The position numbers were made by a program, and so were the translations under genes. The notes below the pieces were generated by a model that had not been told where the DNA came from, searched no databases, and worked only from the letters and a program-made list of their open reading frames with translations. A stretch of DNA of 58,907 nt, filler included. It is 5 parts of 5 records of this genome, joined end to end, with 100 filler letters (N's around TTAATTAATTAA, not from the genome) between each part and the next. Parts side by side here need not be neighbours in the genome. Positions count along the whole stretch, not along the records: positions 47,118 to 53,697 come from SRR20825019_1892; positions 53,798 to 58,907 come from SRR20825019_1903; 3 more parts are not named here. One strand, 5' to 3'. Every line of letters starts with the position of its first letter. Within the stretch, counting starts at the first letter, position 1. Below, piece by piece: positions 52,340 through 58,907 of this stretch.

Positions 52340-53338
52340 ATGAAGATGCGCAAGCTGGGGGCAGTTGGCCCGGAGATTTCCGCGCTTGGCTATGGTGCCA
52401 TGTCCTTTGCCGATTTCTACGGCAAGGCGACCGAGGAGGGCAGCCACGCGATTCTGGACATGGCGCGCGATCAGGGCGTGACCCATATCGACACGTCGAA
52501 CGTCTATGGCATGGGCCAATCCGAAAGCTTTATCGGTAGCTATCTGGCGGCCAATCCGGGCGCGCGGGATGCGTTCCACATCGCCACCAAGGCCGGCATT
52601 TCAAAAGACGCGAGCGGCAACCGTTGCTTTGACAACAGCCCCGCGCATTTCGAGGCTGAACTGGACAAGAGCCTCAAGCGGCTCGGGGTCGATTACGTCG
52701 ACCTGTATTATTGCCACCGCCGTCAGGCCGACATCCCGATCGAGGATGTCACCGGCACGCTGGATGCGCTGCGCCAGAAGGGCAAGGTCAAGGCCATCGG
52801 CTTTTCCGAAATCGCGCCGTCGTCCCTGCGCCGTGCGGCGGCTGTGGCCCATGTGGATGCGGTTCAGTCGGAGTATTCGCTTCAAACCCGCTTTCCCGAA
52901 CTGGGGCTGGTGCAGACCTGTGCCGAACTGGGCACGGCGCTGGTCGCCTTTTCTCCGGTCGGGCGCGGGCTGTTGACGGACACGCCAGCGACGGCGGAAA
53001 AGGCAGCGGGCCTGCCGTTCCTGCGCACCAACCCGCGGTTCCAGGCGCCGAACCTCGAGGCCAACCTTGAGATTCTCAAGGGGTTCCGGGCGCTGGCCGC
53101 CGAGATGGGCGAACCCACGGCGGCCCTGTCGATTGCCTGGCTGCTGGCCCAGGGCGACCATATCATCCCGATCCCCGGCACCCGCCACACCACATTCTTC
53201 CGCGACCTCGTGCGCGGCACCGAACTGAGCCTGAGCGCCGACGACCTGGCCCGCATTGACGCGGTGCTGCCCGTCGGCTGGTGCCACGGCGACCGCTATA
53301 ATGCGGATCAGTGGAACGGCCCGGAACGCTATTGCTAG
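52340..53338 (+). CDS. Aldo/keto reductase
   Basis: LGYGAM, DTSNVYG, IATK, DLYYCHR, QSEYSL, PIPGT. Confidence 0.93.
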   Translation: MKMRKLGAVGPEISALGYGAMSFADFYGKATEEGSHAILDMARDQGVTHIDTSNVYGMGQSESFIGSYLAANPGARDAFHIATKAGISKDASGNRCFDNSPAHFEAELDKSLKRLGVDYVDLYYCHRRQADIPIEDVTGTLDALRQKGKVKAIGFSEIAPSSLRRAAAVAHVDAVQSEYSLQTRFPELGLVQTCAELGTALVAFSPVGRGLLTDTPATAEKAAGLPFLRTNPRFQAPNLEANLEILKGFRALAAEMGEPTAALSIAWLLAQGDHIIPIPGTRHTTFFRDLVRGTELSLSADDLARIDAVLPVGWCHGDRYNADQWNGPERYC

Positions 53339-53358
53339 GGCAGGGTGGCGCTTGGACC

Positions 53359-53387
53359 TTGCGCACAAGGCCCAAGCCCGCTATACG
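53359..53387 (+). promoter_or_regulatory. Putative sigma70 promoter of rpsA
   Basis: TTGCGC-N17-TATACG, alphaproteobacterial CTTG..CTATA pattern, about 165 nt before the ATG. Confidence 0.5.
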
Positions 53388-53554
53388 CGCGCCTGTCAGC
53401 AAGGTGAACACACCGCAAGGCATCGAGATGAGCAGGGTCGGAACACCTCCGGCCCTCTTTGCTTTGCCGCTCACCTGACCAACGAAACCCACAAGACCGG
53501 CGGAGACAACCGTACGGCCCGAAAACAAACGTAGATTAGGAAACCAGAGACCAC

Positions 53555-53697
53555 ATGGCTCAATCAACATCTATGGAGGAATTCGAAGCCCTCCTGAACG
53601 AAAGCTTCGAAATGGACACACCCGAAGAAGGGTCTGTCGTAAAAGGCAAAGTCATCGCAATTGAAGCGGGCCAAGCCATCATCGACGTCGGCTACAA
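53555..53697 (+). CDS. rpsA: 30S ribosomal protein S1, 5' part
   Basis: MEEFEALLNESF...EGSVVKGKVIAIE...IDVGYK. Confidence 0.95.
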
Positions 53698-53797
53698 NNN
53701 NNNNNNNNNNNNNNNNNNNNNNNNNNNNNNNNNNNNNNNNNTTAATTAATTAANNNNNNNNNNNNNNNNNNNNNNNNNNNNNNNNNNNNNNNNNNNN
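53698..53797. other. Assembly spacer
   Basis: N run with TTAATTAATTAA. Confidence 0.99.
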
Positions 53798-54588
53798 TAG
53801 GCCCAGGTTTCATCGAGGCTGGCGCGGGCGGTGCCGAGGCATTGCAGCCCGATCAGGCTGCGCGAGAAATCGAAACCCTGCATGACCTGGGCAAAGCCCT
53901 TGCCCTCGTCGCCCAGCAGATGGTCGGCGGGGACCCTGACGTTGTCGAACCAGATCGAGCCATGGCCGATGGAATTCTGGCCCATATTCGAGAATTTCGA
54001 GGTGGTGATGCCGGGCAGGTCCAAGGGGATCAAGATCGCCGAGACGCCATGCGCCCGATCCTCGGCCCTTCCGGTGCGGGCGAAGGTGATGACGCCCTTG
54101 GCCAGCTGGTTGGCGGAGATTGAGGTCTTTTCGCCGTTGATGATGTAGTGATCGCCGACCCGCTCCATCTTCAGGCCCAGATTGGCCGCGTCCGACCCGC
54201 CCTTGGGTTCGGTCAGCGCGATGGCCAGCATGTGCTCGCCTGCAATGAGCCCGGGCAGCCAGGCCTCGGCCACCTGTTTCTGCGCGAAACTGGCGAGGAT
54301 ATGCCCATTCAGCGAGGCCAGCAGCGAGACATAGCCGAAGGTGAAATCGGCCTTGCCCAATTCCTCGATGATGGCGCCGGAATAGAGGTAGGGCGCGCCC
54401 ATCCCGCCGTAGGCTTCGGACAGTTCCGGGGCGATGAGGCCCAGTTCGCCCATCTCGCGCAGCAGCGCGCTGTCGAAACGTCCCTCGCGTTCGCGGGCCA
54501 GATAGCCGGGCGCCACGCGGTCCTGCGCGAATTTGCGGGCGAGGTCGCGGATCTGGTCCAGCTCCTCGGTATCGAAAATCGTTCTCAT
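53798..54588 (-). CDS. aliB: Cyclohexanecarboxyl-CoA dehydrogenase, 3' truncated
   Basis: Acyl-CoA dehydrogenase motifs ALTEPKGGSDAA, NGEKTSIS, MQGFDFSR; directly after badI. Confidence 0.85.
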
Positions 54589-54604
54589 TCAATCCTCCCA
54601 GAAC

Positions 54605-54629
54605 CGGGGGGCGCGGCGGGCGCCCCCCG
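54605..54629. other. GC stem-loop between badI and aliB
   Basis: CGGGGGGCGC-ggcgg-GCGCCCCCCG perfect 10-bp stem. Confidence 0.6.
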
Positions 54630-54634
54630 CCGCC

Positions 54635-55417
54635 TCAACGGTGGAACTTGCGGAAATCGGGCTTGCGCTTTTCCTTGAAGGCGACGCCGCCTTCCTTGCT
54701 CTCGTCGGTGTCGTAATAGAGCGAGAGCCCCAGCATCCCGAGCCCGGCGATGCCGCGCTGATGCTCGGTGTCCATGTTGAAGCTGCGCTTGGCGAGCGCG
54801 ATGGCGGTCGGCGATTTCTCCATGATCTCGGCGCACCATTTCTCGACTTCGGCGTCGAGCTGGTCGTCGGGGACCACGGCGTTCACAAGGCCCATCGCCA
54901 GCGCCTCGGGTGCCTTGTAGCGGCGGCAGAGATACCAGATCTCGCGCGCCTTCTTCTCGCCCACCACGCGGGCGAGGAACGCCGTGCCATAGCCCGGATC
55001 GACCGAGCCGACCTTGGGCCCGACCTGCCCGAATTGCGCGCTTTCCCCGGCGATGGTGAAGTCGCAGATCGTGCACAGCACGTTGCCGCCGCCGATGGCA
55101 AAGCCGCGGACCTTGGCGATGACCGGTTTCGGCACGTCGCGGATGATCGTGTGCAGGTCTTCCATCGGCAGGCCGATGGTGCCTCGGCCGTCGTATTGGC
55201 CCTCATGCGCCGATTGGTCGCCGCCGGTGCAGAAGGCCTTGTCGCCCGCGCCGGTCAGGACGATGACGCCGACCGACTTGTCCCAGCCCGCCTTGTTGAA
55301 GGCGTGGATCAGCTCCTCGCAGGTCTGGCCGCGGAAGGCGTTGTACTTGTCGGGGCGGTTGATGGTGATGGTGGCCGCGCCGTCCTTCACCGAATAAAGG
55401 ATGTCCTGATAATCCAT
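54635..55417 (-). CDS. badI: 2-ketocyclohexanecarboxyl-CoA hydrolase
   Basis: MenB-like crotonase with AFCTGGDQSAH.G.YDGRGTIG and GPKVGSVDPGYG. Confidence 0.93.
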   Translation of the reverse strand: MDYQDILYSVKDGAATITINRPDKYNAFRGQTCEELIHAFNKAGWDKSVGVIVLTGAGDKAFCTGGDQSAHEGQYDGRGTIGLPMEDLHTIIRDVPKPVIAKVRGFAIGGGNVLCTICDFTIAGESAQFGQVGPKVGSVDPGYGTAFLARVVGEKKAREIWYLCRRYKAPEALAMGLVNAVVPDDQLDAEVEKWCAEIMEKSPTAIALAKRSFNMDTEHQRGIAGLGMLGLSLYYDTDESKEGGVAFKEKRKPDFRKFHR

Positions 55418-55421
55418 GATC

Positions 55422-56189
55422 TTACCCGTGCATGGTCAGGCCGCCGGAGACGGAAATCACCTGGCCCGTGATGAAGGAAGCCTCATCCGAGGCGAGGAAG
55501 GCGATGGCGCCGGGCAGGTCTTCGGGCTTGCCCAGACGGCCCAGCGGCACGGCGCGGGTAAAGGCCTCGCGCAGCTTTTCCTTGTTGCCGGCGCTGTCCA
55601 TGAAATTCTCCAGCATGCCGGTCTCGGTCACGCCGGGGCAGACGCAGTTGAAGGTGATGCCGTGGCGCGAATGCTCGCGGGCCAGCGTCTTGGAAAAGGC
55701 GATGACCCCGGCCTTGCAGGCGGCATAGACGCTTTCGCCTGACGACCCGCCGCGCCCGGCGTCCGAAGCGATGGAGACGACGCGGCCCGATTTGCGTTCG
55801 ACCATCTTCGACAGCACCGGATGGGTGATGTTGAGGACCGCGCGCAGGTTGATGTCGATGATCTTCGACCAGAAGTCGGGGGTGGATTTCAGGAAGGGGA
55901 CAAAGAGATCCCAGCCCGCGTTGTTCACCAGGATCTCGATGGGGCCGAACTCGGCCTCGATCCTGTCCACAGCCGCCTGACAGGCAGACAGATCGGTCAG
56001 ATCGAAAGCCAGCGCCAGCGCCTCGCCCCCCTGCCCGCGGATGCGGTCGGCCACGGCCTCGGCCGCGCTCTGGTTGATGTCGGCGACGACGACTTTCGCG
56101 CCATCCTCGGCAAAGCGCAGGCAGGTGGCCGAGCCGATCCCCCCGCCGCCGCCGGTTACGACAACAACTTTCCCTTTCAGACCCTTCAC
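55422..56189 (-). CDS. badH: 2-hydroxycyclohexanecarboxyl-CoA dehydrogenase (SDR), GTG start
   Basis: TGGGGGIG, NNAGWD, ASDA.R.GSSGE.VYAACK, SVSGGLTMHG; GGAGAG RBS. Confidence 0.9.
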   Translation of the reverse strand: MKGLKGKVVVVTGGGGGIGSATCLRFAEDGAKVVVADINQSAAEAVADRIRGQGGEALALAFDLTDLSACQAAVDRIEAEFGPIEILVNNAGWDLFVPFLKSTPDFWSKIIDINLRAVLNITHPVLSKMVERKSGRVVSIASDAGRGGSSGESVYAACKAGVIAFSKTLAREHSRHGITFNCVCPGVTETGMLENFMDSAGNKEKLREAFTRAVPLGRLGKPEDLPGAIAFLASDEASFITGQVISVSGGLTMHG

Positions 56190-56329
56190 GGCGATCTCTC
56201 CTGTTCCCGAAGTCATTGGCCCGGGCCCGGATCCGCGGCTGCCCGACCCTTGCGCGGCACGCAAAGCCGGTGAAACCGGTGCGAATCCCTCCCTGTCCTT
56301 GGGGTCCATGGTTAGGGGAGGGCTGATTT

Positions 56330-56349
56330 TATGTCAACTACTTTACATA
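56330..56349. promoter_or_regulatory. Putative BadR operator overlapping the badH -35
   Basis: TATGTCAA-ctac-TTTACATA (7/8 palindrome); TTGACA on the minus strand at 56337-56332, then N17, then TAACCA. Confidence 0.6.
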
Positions 56350-56416
56350 TTACCCCGCAACGCACGAGGCACGACGACGCCTTGACGTTGCGATGCAGCG
56401 CGGGGATAGTGGGAAA

Positions 56417-56911
56417 ATGAAGCAAGACATTGACCAATCTGGCTCGTTGACTGCAGATCTGCAGAACCGTCTCGCGTTCCGGCTCTATCAATGCGCCAAC
56501 CAGCTGAACAAGACCGGTACCCGCTGGCTGGACCGCCATGACGTGACCACCCAGCAATGGGCGGTGCTGGGCGCGCTGGTGCGCGAACGCTGGGTCAATG
56601 GCATTGCCGTGCGGGATCTGGCGAAGCTGCTGATGGTCAGCCGCCAGAACCTGACCGGCGTGCTGTCACGGCTGGAAGCGCGGGGCTGGATCGAGCGGGT
56701 GGTCGACGTCAACGACAACCGCTCGCGGCTGATCAAGCTGACGCCGGTCGGCTGGCAGCGCTGGGCCGACATGCAGGAGGACATCGCCTCGTTCTACAAG
56801 GAATCCATGGGGAACCTGTCGAACAACGACATGATCCACATGCTGCATTACCTCGACATCCTGCGCGAGAATTTCCGCGCCATCGACGAGGCGCAGGGCG
56901 GCGAGGAATAG
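56417..56911 (+). CDS. badR: MarR-family regulator BadR
   Basis: NRLAFRLYQCANQL.KTGT, TTQQWAVLGAL, L.VSRQNL; divergent from badH. Confidence 0.88.
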   Translation: MKQDIDQSGSLTADLQNRLAFRLYQCANQLNKTGTRWLDRHDVTTQQWAVLGALVRERWVNGIAVRDLAKLLMVSRQNLTGVLSRLEARGWIERVVDVNDNRSRLIKLTPVGWQRWADMQEDIASFYKESMGNLSNNDMIHMLHYLDILRENFRAIDEAQGGEE

Positions 56912-56931
56912 GCCCGCCGCCCCGCCCTGGT

Positions 56932-57684
56932 TCAGCCCGCGTAGCCCGGGCGCGGCACCATGCCCATCAGCGCCTGCGACAGGCCCCCGTCCACGACGAT
57001 CTCCTGCCCGGTGACATAGGCGGCGCGGGGCGAGGCGAGGAAGAGCACGGCCTCGGCCATATCCAGGGGCGTGCCGATCCGGCGCAGCGGCACCACGGCC
57101 TCGCGCCGGGATTTCACCGCGGGGTCGTCGTAGAAGCTCTGCGACAGCGGCGTCAGCACCAGCCCGGGGCTGACCACGTTCGAGCGGATGCCCTCGGGCC
57201 CGAGTTCAAAGGCCATCTGCCGCGACAGCATCGCCATCGCCGCCTTGCCCGGACTGTAGGCCCCGGAAAAGGGCTGCGGATTGCTGGCCGAGATCGAGGC
57301 GACATGCACCACCGCCCCGCCGCGCCGCGCCCGCATCTGCGGCACCAGCGCCTGCACCATGCGCAGGGCGCCGGTCAGGTTGATGTCCAGCATCGCCTGC
57401 CAATCGGCGATGGGCACGCTTTCCAGCCCGCCGGGCTTGAGGATGCCCGCGTTGTTGACGAGGATATCGGCGCCGCCATGGCGCCCGGCGATGGCCGCCG
57501 CCGCCGCCGCGACCGCCCCGGCGTCGCCCAGATCGCAGGCGATCCCGTCGGGGTCGCTGGCGCTGCGGTCGACGGGAATGGCGATTGCGCCCGCGTCACG
57601 GAAGGCCTGAACGCAGGCCATACCGATCCCGCCCGAGCCGCCGGTGATCACCGCGACCTTGCCCTGAAGTCCCAGCCAGTCCAT
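56932..57684 (-). CDS. Short-chain dehydrogenase/reductase
   Basis: TGGSGGIG, NNAG, YSPGK, VTGQ.IVVDGG. Confidence 0.9.
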   Translation of the reverse strand: MDWLGLQGKVAVITGGSGGIGMACVQAFRDAGAIAIPVDRSASDPDGIACDLGDAGAVAAAAAAIAGRHGGADILVNNAGILKPGGLESVPIADWQAMLDINLTGALRMVQALVPQMRARRGGAVVHVASISASNPQPFSGAYSPGKAAMAMLSRQMAFELGPEGIRSNVVSPGLVLTPLSQSFYDDPAVKSRREAVVPLRRIGTPLDMAEAVLFLASPRAAYVTGQEIVVDGGLSQALMGMVPRPGYAG

Positions 57685-57685
57685 C

Positions 57686-58907
57686 TCAGGCCACCCCGGC
57701 GATATGGCGGGCGGTGACATAGCCGAAGGTCATGGCGGGCCCCAGCGTGATCCCGGCGCCGGGGTAATTCCCCCCCATAACCGAGGCGCGGTCGTTGCCC
57801 ACGGCATAGAGCCCCGGGATCGGCTGGCCCGACACATCCAGCACCTGACCCGTCGGCGTGCATTCCAGCCCATCGAAAGTGCCAAGGTCGCCCATCACCA
57901 TCTTCACGGCATAGAACGGCCCCTGCCGGATCGGGGCCACGCAGGGGTTGGGCTTGTGCTCGGGATCGGCGAGGTAGCGGTTGAAGGCGGTGGAGCCCCG
58001 GTGGAATTCCGGGTCCTCGCCGCGCTCGGCGCCCGCGTTGAAGCGGCTCACCGTCGCCTCAAAAGCGGCTGGGTCGATACCACAGGCCCGGGCCAGATCG
58101 CCCAGCGTGCGGCCCGATTTCAGATAGCCGTTCCTGAGGAAACGCCCGATCGGCATCGGCGCCGGTTTGACGAAACCGAGCCCGTATGTGCGCAACGTAT
58201 CGCGGTCGGCGATCAGCCAGCAGGCGGTTTCGGCCTGACCGGCGCAGGCGGCGATCATCGCTTCGCCCACGTCGTGATAGCTGTTGCTCTCATTGGTGAA
58301 GCGCTTGCCATTGGCCAGAACCGCGATGATCCCCGGCTTGTAGCGGTCGATCAGATGCGGGAAGGGCGCAACCTTCCCGCCGCCCACAGGCACCTGCGAC
58401 ACCGGGATCCAGGCCGAGGTGGCGGGCAGCCGCGTCTCGAACCTTGCCCCCACGCCCTGCCCCAGGGTGATACCGTCGCCGGTGTTGTCCTCGGGCACCG
58501 GGGACAGATGCTCGCCCCCCTGCCGCAGATGCGGATAGGCCGCGCGGATCCGCGTGAGGTCCTGCGCGAAACCGCCCGCGGCCAGCACGACCCCCTTGCG
58601 GGCGGTCAGGGTGACGGGGCCTTGGGGCGTGGCGACCTCGGCCCCCGTTACGCCCGCTGCCCCGTGGATCAGGCGCAGGGCGGGGGTGTCGGTGTGAATC
58701 TCGATCCCGAGGTCGAAGCAGCTTTTCGCCAGCCGCGCCGCCAGCGCATTGCCCGAGGTCACGTTGACGCCGCGCCCGTAGCGCGCCAGTTCGACGAAAT
58801 GCGCGCCGAGGCGTTTGGCGACATAGACGAAAGACCGCGCCGATTTCGTCGCGTTGAAGAAATGCTTGATGTCGGCGTTCGAGGAATTGAACATCATCCC
58901 CATGAAG
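57686..58907 (-). CDS. FAD-binding oxidoreductase (3-ketosteroid dehydrogenase/FAD_binding_2 family), 5' truncated
   Basis: GVVLAAGGF, GKRFTNES, GDLGTF.GL, GLYAVGND...GGNYPGAGITLGPAMTFGY. Confidence 0.88.
   Translation of the reverse strand, partial: FMGMMFNSSNADIKHFFNATKSARSFVYVAKRLGAHFVELARYGRGVNVTSGNALAARLAKSCFDLGIEIHTDTPALRLIHGAAGVTGAEVATPQGPVTLTARKGVVLAAGGFAQDLTRIRAAYPHLRQGGEHLSPVPEDNTGDGITLGQGVGARFETRLPATSAWIPVSQVPVGGGKVAPFPHLIDRYKPGIIAVLANGKRFTNESNSYHDVGEAMIAACAGQAETACWLIADRDTLRTYGLGFVKPAPMPIGRFLRNGYLKSGRTLGDLARACGIDPAAFEATVSRFNAGAERGEDPEFHRGSTAFNRYLADPEHKPNPCVAPIRQGPFYAVKMVMGDLGTFDGLECTPTGQVLDVSGQPIPGLYAVGNDRASVMGGNYPGAGITLGPAMTFGYVTARHIAGVA

Overview
The window is five assembly contigs joined by 100-nt N-spacers that carry the six-frame stop linker TTAATTAATTAA. 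(1) 1-20116, alphaproteobacterial accessory DNA: an M20 dipeptidase/GlcG/DppBC unit, a pcaCHGB operon with truncated pcaQ and a decayed pcaD relic, two deletion scars made of gene relics, an intact GntR + ADP-ribosylglycohydrolase + PfkB kinase + PotABCD-like ABC operon, ArsC/YffB, cardiolipin synthase C, frameshifted HdeD, an AI-2E transporter and partial panC. (2) 20217-35343 and (3) 35444-47017, a compact eukaryotic (protist) genome with mostly ~45-75 nt GT-AG introns. Manual splicing gives LIN54, RibD/RIB7 reductase with a LEA-like tail, a P2X receptor, a MORN protein, LAMTOR5, a Zn2Cys6 factor, a BLOC1S3-like protein, ALKBH6, an importin-13-like protein and dyskerin. (4) 47118-53697, Roseobacter-type core genes trmB-aroA-cmk-rpsA with interleaved extras. 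(5) 53798-58907, the cyclohexanecarboxylate badR-badHI-aliB cluster plus an SDR and an FAD oxidoreductase. The most striking unexplained structure is in the eukaryote. Extremely GC-rich non-coding islands studded with TGA/TCA words lie only at gene 5' ends, while convergent 3' ends nearly touch. An oversized dyskerin intron also holds a box C/D snoRNA. All calls are manual; no database searches were run.
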